A stretch of 61,438 nucleotides of DNA, filler included. It is 9 parts of 9 records of this genome, joined end to end, with 100 filler letters (N's around TTAATTAATTAA, not from the genome) between each part and the next. Parts side by side here need not be neighbours in the genome. Positions count along the whole stretch, not along the records: positions 45,873 to 54,352 come from SRR15195285_119; positions 54,453 to 61,438 come from SRR15195285_120; 7 more parts are not named here. One strand, given 5' to 3'. A model generated the notes under the pieces. That model saw only the letters and a list, made by a program, of their open reading frames with translations, was not told the DNA's origin and did no database searches. Every line of letters starts with the position of its first letter. Position 1 is the first letter of the stretch. Of this stretch, positions 47,594-59,800 are shown in pieces. The position numbers and the translations under genes were made by a program.

Positions 47594-49152
47594 TTACAAC
47601 TCGTCTAACAAGTCATCCAACAGATCGTCCTGCAGATCATCTATGCCCGTCCCAGTGCCGTCCAGCGTGCCCAGTGCAGCCTCCTCTGTTCTGGTGGTGG
47701 CGCCGCTAGATGTCATCGCCGCCGCAATCTGCCCCTGCCGCTCTTCCTCCGCGTCTAGATCGTCCAGAAGATCGTCAAGCAAACGTTCTTGTAGCTGGGC
47801 CGCTTCAATCTCATCTATACCTGCAGTTGCGGTGCCGGACTGCTGGGTACCGGACTGCTGGGTACCTGTGATAACAGCTTCCACGTTTGGCGACGGTTGC
47901 TGCTCTGTGTGACCCATCGCCTTCACGACTTTTTGTAAGTTCTCCTGAGCGATACTCGCATCGGCATCTGGGTTGCTGATCACCGCCCTGAATCGGCGTT
48001 CTGCTGCCAACAGAGCCTGCGACAACCGTGGAGCCCCAGCAGCATTATCAATCACCCGCTGTGGCAGTACGCGTGTCCCGTCGTTGCACTCTATGGAGTC
48101 GACCAAGCTCGAAATAGCAGCATCATACGCCTGTTCAGATGCGAGTGTCTCTGCGAACCATTCGTGTGCTTCACAGATCTCAGGGCGTTTCACGAGCATC
48201 GTGGTGTATGATGATTGAGCCAGTCTCCAGTACGCGGCGTCCCACTCTCCTACACACACGGAGCGCGTGCACTGAGCGTCTTCGGAGATGCTGATACTCA
48301 TTCGATCGAACAGGCCTCCTCTATGGCGACGGGAGAAACATGGGACGCACCTGCAAACCATGCTACGATACTGTGCCTCACACCCGAGGTGACTCGGTGC
48401 ACTTTGTGTGGCAGGTACGACGGAAAGAGTGCCATGGTTCCAATCGCGGTGGAAATATTTCCGTGTGTACCCATCTCAACCTCGCCCCCGGTGTACGCCT
48501 CCGGTGGACTCAGCTGGACTGTGACAGACATGATTCTCCCGCGGGATACGCCACCGACAGGTGCAGAGGAGTCTGTGTGCCACTCGTAGTGGTGGCCCTG
48601 TTTGTATGTCGCCACTTGAATGCCATGGGTGCCGAGCCCAACCGACCGAACACCCCAGGCGGACTCGCCACGCCGAAGCTGAGACTCCATCCGCTCTAGA
48701 ACCCAGCGATGCTTCGAGCCTGGAGCGATCTCCTACCAACGCAAGGAGTGGCCGCGGTCACAAACGTGACACATAGCGCGCACCCCAATGGACGGATGTT
48801 TGTGCTACAGAGACAGAGAGCGGAGTATACGGAGCAAGGAACAGCGAGAAGATGCAGCAAGTGCCAGGAACATCGCTAGGGATCCCAGGGCGCGAGCTCA
48901 GCTACGCACGAGCCACGTCAGCGTGGAATCTCGAGCATTCACATCGCGCTGCGCTCCGCCTTTGCCGTCGTGCAACACTGCCTCCTCCTGCGGCTGCGCC
49001 GCAGCAGCGCTGACAATCTCACTGCACTCTGCCGCTGTGAAGGCGGTGGCCGTCTCGAAGACGTGCTTGGGCTTCTTTGGACGGCGCGCTGACGTGGCGG
49101 CGCTGAGTGAGAGGATAGCCAGTGCCAACAGGAGCAGCGAAAATCGCGCCAT
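47594..49152 (-). CDS. Secretory-pathway 2OG-Fe(II) oxygenase (PKHD/P4H-like), 426 aa, 3 exons
   Basis: Exons 49152-48910, 48732-48351, 48249-47594. Signal peptide; FTAAECSEI, YEWHTD, RIMSVTVQLS...YTGGE, LFPSYLPHKVHRVTSGVRHSIVAW (HxD...H...RxS); acidic tail ending LDEL. Confidence 0.88.
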
Positions 49153-49161
49153 ACTGCGTGC

Positions 49162-49236
49162 CGCCCAGAGCCCCCAGACGCCGCCGCCACAACGAACGCG
49201 TATAACGTAAGCGGCCGCGTCTGGGGGCTCTGGGCG
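49162..49236. repeat. Perfect 20-bp inverted repeat in divergent promoter
   Basis: CGCCCAGAGCCCCCAGACGC (49162-49181) / GCGTCTGGGGGCTCTGGGCG (49217-49236), 35-nt spacer. Confidence 0.95.
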
Positions 49237-49395
49237 CTTATACGGCGCCCGCGGGCGCGCCGTCCCGGCGGGCTATCTACGATAGATGTTAGATCTACGT
49301 ACGCTCGCGTATATCGCGCGCTCGATCATGCATGCACGCGCTACATATATATGACTGACTGACCCGCCGCCGCCTGGCTAGTGCGTAGTGGCTCC

Positions 49396-52300
49396 ATGGC
49401 AACACTAACAGTGAAACCTGCAGCGGGCGCGGGCATGATCATGCTCATGCTAATGCGGACGGCGCTCCTTCTCGCAGCTGCAGGTTTCGCTGCGGGTTGT
49501 GCGGGCGCCGGCGACGTGGGTCCCGACCAAGCGGAGCTCCACCGCGAGCTGCATGCGGCATTCCTGCTGCGCGACCGTGACGGCGACGGTGACGTGACGC
49601 TGGGTGAGCTAGCGGCAGGAATTCAGTCCAGCCTGGAGATTGAGTGGGCTGCGCGCCCAGCCGCAGCCCCGCCGCCGCCGCCGGCGCATCCGTCTGGGCG
49701 GGCTCAGTGCGAGGATCCGACCCTCGATGCGCTCAGCTTTGTCGAGTGCGCCGTCCATCGGGCCCGCGTCGAGCTCGACGGCAACAACGCATCGGTGAGA
49801 CTGCAGCCAGTGCTGTTCGCAGCGCAGCTTGATTCCTACCTTGCAGGCTGTGAGACGCCGACCGCGGCGTGGCTGAGCGGCGACTGCATGGGCAGCTGCG
49901 CAGCATGCTGCGCGAAGCCAGAGGCTTCTGCAACGGCCCTGGAAACTGTGCCCGAGATTGCCGCATCCGAAGGTCCGTTCACGACGGTGCTGATCAGCAG
50001 CGACTGGCACACAGAGCCGTGGTACGTCTCGTCGGCTGCTGCCAGGTGCGGCGCCGTCTGCCGCTTCGGCGACGCGAACCTCTCCAACATGTTCACGTGC
50101 CAGGACGGCCACAATGCGACTGTCCCGTGTACGCTCGACGGGAAGCAGGACCCGCCGATTGAGTTCGAGGAGTCGCACCTGGCGTCCGCTGCCGTAGCAG
50201 CAGCTACGGTGCACTTTTTCGTGGGCGACACTCAGGCGCACTCGTTCACCGGGCAGTGGTCGCAGCCCGAGGCCATCAGCACGCTGCTCAACCGCGTGCT
50301 GACTGTGGAGCTGCGACAGTTCGGCAGCGCTTCCAACATTGTATGGACGCCCGGGAACAACGATGGCCCACACTCTGCGATTTTTCAGCAGCAGGATGCC
50401 AGCACAATTGCGTGGGCGAACGCGCTCCTGTCGCACGGCATCGTGACGGACGATCTCGGCTTTGTCTACCCGATTGACAGTCCAAACTCGCTCTCTGTCT
50501 CATCGTGAGTCGGACAAGCACCGCCAGCCCAAGCTTGATGTCGGTGTTCTTTTTGAATTTACTCAGCAGAGCGTCTTTTCATGTCGTGTCCATGGTGTGT
50601 TGTTTTCACAGGCTGAATCAGACGGCGCTGTTCCGATCTCTCGGATTCTACGCGAAAGCGCTGCCCACCATCTCCAACGCTAGCTATGCGATTGTGCTCA
50701 ACACAAACCTTGGTCGCGACAACCCGCGACAGCTGGCGGCTCTGAACCACACGATTGGTGCCATCGCTGCCCGTCACGCAAGCAGCCGTGCGGTGCCGTC
50801 GGTCTATGTGCTGGGCCACCACCCATCGATCATGGGAGGCGGCGTTGCCACGGTCTGTGCCAGCATGATAAGCGGACCCCTGTCCGCAACTTGCCGCGAG
50901 ATGGTGAAGGGAGTATTTGCGGGCCACGTGCACACGGCCGCGTCAACGACAGGTCAGCTTTTTACTCTGGTGCCAGCGCTGACCCAGGTACGCCGCCAAC
51001 TGCTGCTCTTGCCTGTGCCACCCGCAGTCAGCACCGGCCACGACTGACAGACATGTGCCATCGCTGAGCGGCTGCACAGGCTGTGCCCAAGATTGTAGGG
51101 AGCACCGGCTTTTTCATCGCTCGTGTGAGCGAGGCGGCCCCAGAGATCAAGGTATCCACGCGCACAGACCTGTACACGTATCAAGATACCGCCGGGCGTC
51201 TCGCTGATAAGACCAAATGGCAACCAAAGCATGTGGACACTGCCATCACCGCCAGCACCACCGGCGCCGCCCCGGTTCCGTTCGACCCACGCAGGGATGT
51301 GAAGAAAGTGCACGTCCAGTTCTGCCATCACTTGGACGTTGGTCTGGACATCGGCCTCAAACTGACTGAGGACTGCGTCGGCTTTGCCACCAAGATCATC
51401 CAGCGATACTTTGACGAGTTCATTCCACGCGCCATCAAGCTTGCGAATGAGGTGCGCGCCAAGGGCAGCAAGGACACCTTTGCCTACACTATGCATCCGT
51501 GGATCCTGAGCTTGTACGTCGATTGCGACCCGTGGACGATTGAGGACGGCTGTCCTCTCAACCCTGGCACACTGCGCTGCCCGAGCAAGGCTGAGTTGGG
51601 AGCCTTCGATGCCGCGGTCCGGCGGGGCGATATCCTCTGGGCTGCTTCGCCTATGAATCTCGATCCAGGGATTGTCGGCTCGCCGGCTCTGTTCAAGGAT
51701 CTGCTCTCTATCTCAGCCAGCCTGAACGCGCGGTACAACATCACCAAAAGCGCGCGTGTGTGGTCCAACGTCGACGTGCCTGGCTTCGTGCGCTCAACCG
51801 TCCCGCTGCTCGCGCAATCAGGCGTCAAGTTCCTGAGCATCGGCGCAAATGCGCGTGGCGCCTTTCCCAACGGCAGCTACCCGATCAACTACGGGTCGTC
51901 TCCCTGGCAGACAGTCGGCAACAACTTCTCGACCATGTTCCGATGGCGAGACAACGCCAGCGCTGAGGAGATTGTTGTGATGTACCACCGATCATACGGC
52001 TCAAACTTTGAACTCTCAGGAGGAGGAGGCGTGTTCCCCAACACCACCCTTATGTCTGAGTCTTCAGGTACGGCTCTCGCGTCCTACTTCCGCTCGGACA
52101 ACACAGGGCCGCCTGCTAATGTCGCAGAGATCGAGAGCATTTTCAAGTCGGTGCGAGCTCAGTTCCCAGCAGCCAAAGAAGTGATCGGGAGCACGATGGA
52201 TGCATTTGCAGCTGAGGTCACCACTGCCGACATCGCCGAGATGCCGTTGCTGCAGCACGAGTGGGGTGATCAGTGGCTTGGCGGTCTTCAGACAGACCCC

Positions 52301-53983
52301 TATCGGATCCAGGTGTATCGCGAGATGGTGCGGCTGCGGGAGGACTGCATTGAAACTGGTGACTGCAAGGCTGACTCGCTGGCGATGCGCAACATGACGC
52401 GCTGGCTTGCCAAAATCTCAGAGCACACTCAGGGAGTCCAAAACGAAGGGTGGTCACCCGGGGTCCCTGGGTGCACGGCGCCTGACGGCAGCTTTCAGTC
52501 CCCGTGCCAGGCCGAGACGAACAAGCACTGGAGCAATGCTGAGTTCGCACAGATTCACTCGGCGTCGCACAACCTGTTCACAGGCGCAGACCTGAGCTGG
52601 ATCGAAGCCCGAAAGTTCAACGAGCTTGCGGTCGGTGCCCTCGAGGCGCAGGCGAAGAGTGATGCTGGAGCAAGCAAGCTGCTCGCTACTATCAAGCAAG
52701 AGCTGCCGAGGCTGCGGCCGGTGGAGCCGAGCATGGCTGGCCTCAGGGAAGCGTCGCCCCGTGGCGAGATGCTGCAGTGCGGTGGCATGGAGATTGGTTT
52801 CGATAGTGGCTCTGGGGCGATCGCGCACCTACGCTTCAGCGCTACCGGCTCGCCCTGGGCAGCACCGGACGCCCAGTTGATGGATCTGCGCTACATGACC
52901 TACAACGACCGCACGAACCTAACCTGCAACGAATCAGGCTGTCCCAATCCTATTCCTGGCTCGTGGAAGCCCTCTCTCGCATCCGTGCACCACAACTGCT
53001 CGTCTTCCGCTGAGAGCACCACCGATCTATCATCGTCATCGTCATCGTCATCCGCTACCTCTGCAGGCAGCAGTAGTAGCGGCGGCGGTGGCTGTGTGTC
53101 GTGTCGTGTGGTCGTCCAAGCGAGTTGGAATGAGACCCTCTCTGGCAAGTACGGCTCCCCGTCAACGATCGTGACTGAGTACACGCTGACACCCGCTGCT
53201 ACTAGCAGCAGTGACGGTGGCGGTGATGGTGAGAGTGGTAGGCTATCAGTGCACCTGAAGCTTTTCAATAAGACCACGACCCGGCTTCCAGAGGCGACCG
53301 TCCTGCTCTTCCAGCCACAGAATCTTATCCGCAAGGACAACCTCAGTGAGGACTCTCGCTCAAGGCCCAACGTGGCTGCGGACCGTGATGGAGACGTGAA
53401 TGCTCATCATCGACCTAGCTCTAGCTCTAACTCAAGCTCAAGCTCTGGTGTGAACGGTGCGCAGTCGGTCTACGGCTGGGCGATGGATGTGCTGGGTGGT
53501 TGGGTAGACCCGTACGATGTGCTATCTGGTGGACAGCAATATGCGCACGCTGTCTGGAGCGGAGTGAAGTACTCTAGTAGCCACGGTGCCGGCGCCAGCG
53601 GACTGTACATCGACAGCCTCGACACAGCGATGGCATGCCCGATGATTGCGCAGTGGAACTTCTCCGATCACACCAACGGGTGCACGGACCCCGAAGGCTG
53701 CGGTCTGATAGGCGACGGCTCACGGAATGTGTGCGATACCGATGGCCTCAACGGTGCGGGCGGCCAGCAGCAGCTCAACCGCAGCGCAGGCTGCCCGACC
53801 GCCCATGTCTGCCGAAGCTACGGTGTCGGCGGCATGGCCTTGCAGTTGCACGCCAATCGGATGGGCATCAGCGGGTTTGCTCAGTGGTACCCGTTTGGGA
53901 TCAAAGGTCGCAAAGGGCACCGAGGTACCTACCAGGCGGCGGATGAGAACCTCCTCTACCGCTTCACCCTCTTTGAGCGCTAG
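49396..53983 (+). CDS. Secreted fusion: EF-hand-like loop + metallophosphoesterase (sphingomyelinase-like) + DUF5054/GH38-like domain, ~1462 aa, 3 exons
   Basis: Exons 49396-50504, 50612-50987, 51080-53983 in frame. DRDGDGDVTLGE; SDWH, VGDTQAH, PGNND, GHHP, FAGHVH; then KKVHVQFCHHLDVG, DVPG, DNTGPP, EWGDQW...TDP, KISEHTQG, NKTTTRLPEA. Confidence 0.75.
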
Positions 53984-54352
53984 TGTGGAAGTCAAAAGTA
54001 CTCGAGCACAGAGCTGCGGATGGCGCCGGTCCTTCGATCGAGGGCGCTCGGGCATGTGCTCACGCCACCAGCAGGGGAGCTGCGGCCGCAGTTTCGCGCG
54101 TCCGGTCCGCGATCGGCACCGAAGCGGAGCTTGACGAGCCCCTGACCTCGCCCACCAAACGCCCGAGAGTGGCGCCAGGTGGGTTTCTGCTGGCGCAGTG
54201 GTACGCAATGCTGCAAGTATAATTATGATGCGAGTGGTTTCCTTCTGCACTCGTCTACGGCCATACTCAGTGAAAAGTACCGTATCTCGTCCGAACTACG
54301 CAGTCAAGCCACTGCAAGCCCTGTCAGTACTACGGTGGGGGACCACGTGGGA

Positions 54353-54452
54353 NNNNNNNNNNNNNNNNNNNNNNNNNNNNNNNNNNNNNNNNNNNNTTAA
54401 TTAATTAANNNNNNNNNNNNNNNNNNNNNNNNNNNNNNNNNNNNNNNNNNNN
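54353..54452. other. Artificial contig spacer
   Basis: N44-TTAATTAATTAA-N44. Confidence 0.99.
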
Positions 54453-54647
54453 CCGCTCCTGCTCCACTGCTGTGCCGTCACGGCCGCCTCGCTCTGTGAC
54501 AGGCTCTGTGATGGGCTGCTGCAGCGCTGCTGCTATAGGAGACATAAACACGGCTCCGTGTACCATAGCAGCAGCTGCGCCGATGGGCTGCTGACCAGCC
54601 GTCCGCCACGGTCCCGGGCTCCGATAGCTAGACCCACCGGCGCGACC

Positions 54648-56539
54648 ATGGCTCGCATGTATGCGGTGGTGGAGCGCGATTCGGTGGCGGAGGAGGACGG
54701 AAGCGACTCGGACACGGAGCTGAGCGCGCTCGGTGCGGCCGGTGGATCACGCAGTCCCGCACCGCGGCCGCCGGGCATGGGCGAGCGGCACGTGATCATG
54801 CTGTGCTTCTTCTTCGGCGGCATGATCCTCTACGCGCAGCGAGCTGGGATGGCTGTCGGGATAGTGAGAATGCAGTCGATCTACAACTGGGATAAGGAGC
54901 TGCAGGGTATGATTTTGAGCGCTTTTTTTCTGGGTTACGCAGTGCTGCAGATCCCGGCCGGATATATCGCCGTGAGGTTCGGCGGTGTGCGCTGCGTCAC
55001 CGCCTCGGTGCTTGGCGCATCGCTGCTCTCGCTGCTGGTACCGGCGGCCGTGAACTACTCGCCGTACGCGCTATTCCTCGTGCGGGTCGGCCAGGGTCTG
55101 CTGCAGGCGCCGTTCTACTCCGCTGGCTTCGCGATGTGGTCCTACTGGTCGCCCCCGGTCGAGCGAAGCCGGCTGAGCGCCCAGGCCCAGATTGGTGGCT
55201 ACGCGGGCACGCTAATCTTCGGCGGGCTCGCTGGCTGGCAGTGCGATCGGCCGGATCTGTTCATCATAGGTGGCTGGGAAGGGGTATTCTACCTTCACGG
55301 GCTCATGGGTATCGTGTGGTTCCTCGTCTGGTTGCGCGTTGGGCGGGAGCGCCCTGCCACGTCGCACCGCTGCTCGGCCGCCGAGCGCAAGTACATTGAA
55401 GATGCGCTGCTCGTCGAGCTGGAGCGACTGCGGCACAGCGATGAGGCGGTGGCAGCGGCGGCGGCAGCGGGCTTTCAGGAAGATGCAGAAAAGGCGTCAG
55501 ACGGTGGGTCGGAGGGTGAGTGGGCTGAAGAGATACTCGTCGGCAGGAAGCTGATCTGGGTGATTCTTACGTCGCCAGCTGTCATCGCCATGTGTATAGC
55601 TCATACGGCCGCTGACTGGGGATCCTATATCCTACAGGACGGCCTGCCTGGTTACCTCAGAGACGTGCTGGATTTCTCACTCACAGAAGCGGGGCTTTTC
55701 GCATCGATGCCGACGTTGCTTGTGCTCGCAACGTCATCCGGCAGCGCACACATCGCGGACTGGCTGCGACAAGATCGCATGAGCACTGGAGCTGTGCGCA
55801 AGATGTTCAGCAGCTTCGCGTTCGTGCCTGCTTCAGTAATGCTCCTGGCTCTTGGTGAGTGCAATATGCTATGACATTGGCTGCTAGCGCATTGCTCGTT
55901 GCTCAGACTAAATGCGCACTCACGTGCTAACCCTGGCTTATAGGGCTCGGCGTCGTGCACGAGCCAGACTCGGTTCTGATTGCTCTCGTGCTCATCTCTG
56001 GTGTGAAGGGATGCAACGCCGGCGGAGGCTACCAGCTGAACGCCCTTGATATTTCCCCAAAGTTAGCCGGGTTTACACACGGGGTGATGAATATGTGCGG
56101 CCAAGCAACTGGCTGGCTCGCTCCGATTGTGCTGGGCTACATGACAAGGTACCCAGTGATCACACAGGAGTCCGCACGAGTTGGGGCTGCAAGCGGTGCT
56201 CTTGACTTCGTGCCCTCACCCGATGGCGACACCGGCACGAGTGACTCCCTAGCATTTGTACCAGCGATAGAGGATGAGGCCGACTCTCTGTCGTTCGCCC
56301 CTACCGCTGTTGGTGGTGTCGGTGGGGAGGATAACGCCATCAGCGGCCGTGGGCTCTCGCGGGAGCAGTGGATGTCGCTCCGCGGATCCGCGCCACCGGC
56401 GAGTTGGGTTGACGAGATGCGCGCAGAGTGGCGTGTGGTGTTTGTGATGGCTGCCGCGATTGATATCTGCGGGTTGCTAGCCTTCTTGTGGTTTGGAAGC
56501 GGCGACCGGCAGTGGTGGGATGCGAAGGGGCGGATGTAA
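54648..56539 (+). CDS. SLC17/ACS-family MFS anion transporter (sialin-like), 600 aa, 2 exons
   Basis: Exons 54648-55854 and 55944-56539. YAQR, WDKELQGMILSAFFLGYAVLQIPAG, WSPPVERSR, GWEGVFY, LDISPKLAG, WRVVF...FGSGDRQWW. Confidence 0.92.
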
Positions 56540-56602
56540 GCAAACACATTTCTAGTGAACGATTACCTGTACAGTATTCTATCATATATTTTACGCACCA
56601 GC

Positions 56603-56770
56603 CACGCGCGCGCGCGCGCGAGGTCCGCGTCGATAGCACTATCGACCCCGGCCGGGCGGCCCCGATCGATCGCGCGGCCGGGACGATCGCGCCGGCCACG
56701 GGCCGGTATTGTTGATAGTACTAGCTAGTACCGCGGCGTACGTACCGGTATTATTACGCGCGCGCGCGTG
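56603..56770. repeat. Palindrome-dense promoter region bounded by (CG)n runs
   Basis: (CG)8 at 56605-56620 and (CG)6 at 56757-56768; GTCGATAG-CA-CTATCGAC, CCCGGCCGGG, CGATCGATCG, GTACTAGCTAGTAC inside. Confidence 0.8.
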
Positions 56771-56818
56771 CGCCGTCCACGCAGCGAGCGATCGCGAGCA
56801 GCGTGCCACGGTTGCCCG

Positions 56819-59800
56819 ATGCTCCTGTCGCTGTCGCTGTCGCTGCTGTCGCTGTCGCTGCTGTTGCTGTCGGGCACAGTATTCTCACAGCACACCACCA
56901 AGCCATGTGGCCCCAACCCCGGCAGTCAGATGGTGAAGAGAGTGGACGGCAGTCAGTATCCGTACTTCGGTATGCCATGCACCAGCGTTGGGCACAACAC
57001 CACAGACCCAGCGTGTGGCGACTGCTTCCTCGACCAGACCTGCGTCTGCACGCCACAGAGGTGCTGTGCCCCACGGCCCGGCCCGCCGGGGTATGCCTGC
57101 CTCCCCAACGGCACGGACTTGCTCGGCGAGGTCTGCGTCGATAAGGGCGTTGGGCCACACAAATCGCTCGTGGAGCTCGCGTCGCTGTGCGACGCAGCGC
57201 GGCATGCCGGAGCGGGAGGCACCAGCGAGGGCTGCCAGGGCTTCAACAACAATGGCTACCTCAAGAAATGTGTGCGCTCCTCATGTGGAGCCCACCCAGG
57301 CATTGTCCCCGACCATCCACTGCTTGTTTCCTGCGTCAGCACCGAGACCCCTGTCGATCAGCCGGTCCCGAAGGGAACGGACCCGTCGTGCCACCACGGA
57401 GGCCCATCACCACCGGGGCCCGGGCACTTCGTCCCACCGTACGGTGGTGGCTGTGCTGGCACGTGGAATAAGTCCAGCTGCAACTGCGCTGGCGTCCGCC
57501 CGCCGTTTGGAGCGCCCGAGCACGCTGTCACCATCCAGGACGACTACCACTTTCCAAAAGACGAGATGACACAGCGCGACTCGCTTCCGGATCTGCAGCT
57601 GCTGAGCACCAGCACTGCTAGCTCCGCGGTTCTGCACAACCCTTTGACCAAACAGAGTGCGACGCTGACCGTTGGTGGTGCCACGAAATGGGGCTGGGAG
57701 CTGCTGCACGTTGAGGGAAGCAGCGTGGTGCTTGAGCACGACTTTGCCGAGTGGTCAGAGCTGCGCTATCTGTGGACGGCGGCAGCAGCGGCAGGGCGCA
57801 GCAGTTTATCCGTGCGCAAGCCGGTCGGGCAACTGGCTGGCATATCTCAGCCACTATATACGATGGAGGCCACCATCGATCCACAGTATCACTGTAAGCA
57901 GGACATCGACCCGACCGACTGGATGGGCCGGCTGGCTGCAAACATCTCGGGTGGCGAGGAGGCAACCATCGTCTCGGCCAACACACTGATGGCACCCAAC
58001 ACTGATTCCGGTATTTTCGGCAACCCGGAAGACAGGAACAAGTTCTATCTCACGCACCGTTCCGTGCTGCAGACCACCGGGGACTTTGCTCACCCACACA
58101 GCGGCTCGCGGACACTGTGGTCACTTGCTGACTCGCCACAGCACCTGCCACCTGGCTGTCAAAGCGTTAAAGATTGGGCCCAAGTCAAGTTGGGGATGGT
58201 GGGCGATCACCTCCGAGCGTTAAACCAAGGCATGTGGCAGCCATCTACCAGCACTGCTGGTTCTGCTGGTGGGTGCGGTGTGGAGATCATGGCCGTATCC
58301 CCACCCCCGATAGCTGGTCCCAATGGGAACTACACTGGCAACACGACAGCGCTGCTGCGGGTGACCTCCTCGCAAACAGGGATGCTAACCAACACCACCT
58401 ACCTACGTGCACAGATCTCCGATGACGGTGCCGGTCCACTGCAGCTGGACGAGCTGACTGGTAATCAAGGGGGTGCCCAGTTCTACGCTGCCCTGTTGGC
58501 ACAGGCTGATCGCTGGGGTGCTTTCATCGAGCGTGGGGCGAAGGCTAGCCTACCAGAGACAGACAGACGCTACGTGGCGTCATCGAATGCCCTGATGACC
58601 ATGTACATGAACACCGACCGTGGTCTGATCCCACAATACGGCGCTGGACAATTCTGGAACACGTACAACATCTATCTCCCCCTCGATACTCTCGCGCTCA
58701 ACGGCGCGCTACTGGAGTGGGGCCACAGCACCGAGGCGCAGCAGTACCTGGGGTACTTCTTCAATAACTTCGTCTGTATGCAGGAGGTCTGCGCCCAGCC
58801 CTATGTGCACCAATACGGCAAGCTGAATGGTATCGGGAATGCCTCTTATGGTGGGATCCTCTACTACTCATTTGGCTGCGACTCTGACGCCGACTACGGC
58901 CGCTTGATCGATATGTACGTGCAAGCTGTACGCTACAGTGCTAACCTGACATGGGCGAAGGAGATGCTGCCCGCAGTTCAGGCCTTGGCTCAAAATGTCC
59001 TCATTCGGCGTGCCAACGCCACTGCTACCCACCCTGTCGGCCATCCGTTCCATGGTATGGTCTGGGGCAGCCCAGAGCACGACATCTGCTCAGCGCCCTC
59101 GTACTTCTTCTCCCCTAACGTCTGGTTCGCACGTGGTCTGCTCTCGCTGGGGCAGCTGCACGCTGAGTACCCAGAACTAACCATCAACACAACTCTCGAG
59201 GCTACGCTCCTGCCCGAGGCCAACGCATGGCGGGAGGACCTACGCTTTGCGGCCAACTTCACAGCAGTGCGGAGCAGCTCAGGGGACGGCTCAGTTTTCT
59301 TCCTGCACCCTGTGGTCGGCTCGGCGTACTCCGAGACCAACCCGCCGATGAGCCAACCCACACCCCGTGACAAGCTGTTGCCGATTGAAGGTGGCGATGA
59401 GGCCACATGTGTCGCTCGTGGGACATGCTTTGAATCTATGACTGCTGGCGTCATTGGCCAAGCAGGTGGTGGGTCAAACCAGCACACGAACTACGCCAAC
59501 TTCCGTATCTTCAGCGAGACGCTGCTTGCGAATATGTTAGACCCAGAGTACGAGCTCGGCATCATGCGCTTCCGAGAATCACACCGGGGGACGCTGCTTG
59601 GGATGACACGCTTCAGAGACGGACTTGATGACATGCCGATACTCGGGTACGGCCGGTCTTCGTTGGCACACGATCGGCTCTACTCTTTCCACAATACCCT
59701 CGCCGGGCACAGCATGAATTACATTTCCCGAGGGACGTATTGGGGGACGGAACAGCGCTTGCAGTTAGATTACTCCGTGGGCAACCGCACCGGAATCGTG

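Noticed and set aside
4505-54452. Eight recurring TTAATTAATTAA motifs in N runs, and any gene clustering across them
   Set aside because: Artificial concatenation spacers; genes on different contigs are not neighbours, so the window-wide carbohydrate gene richness is not a cluster.
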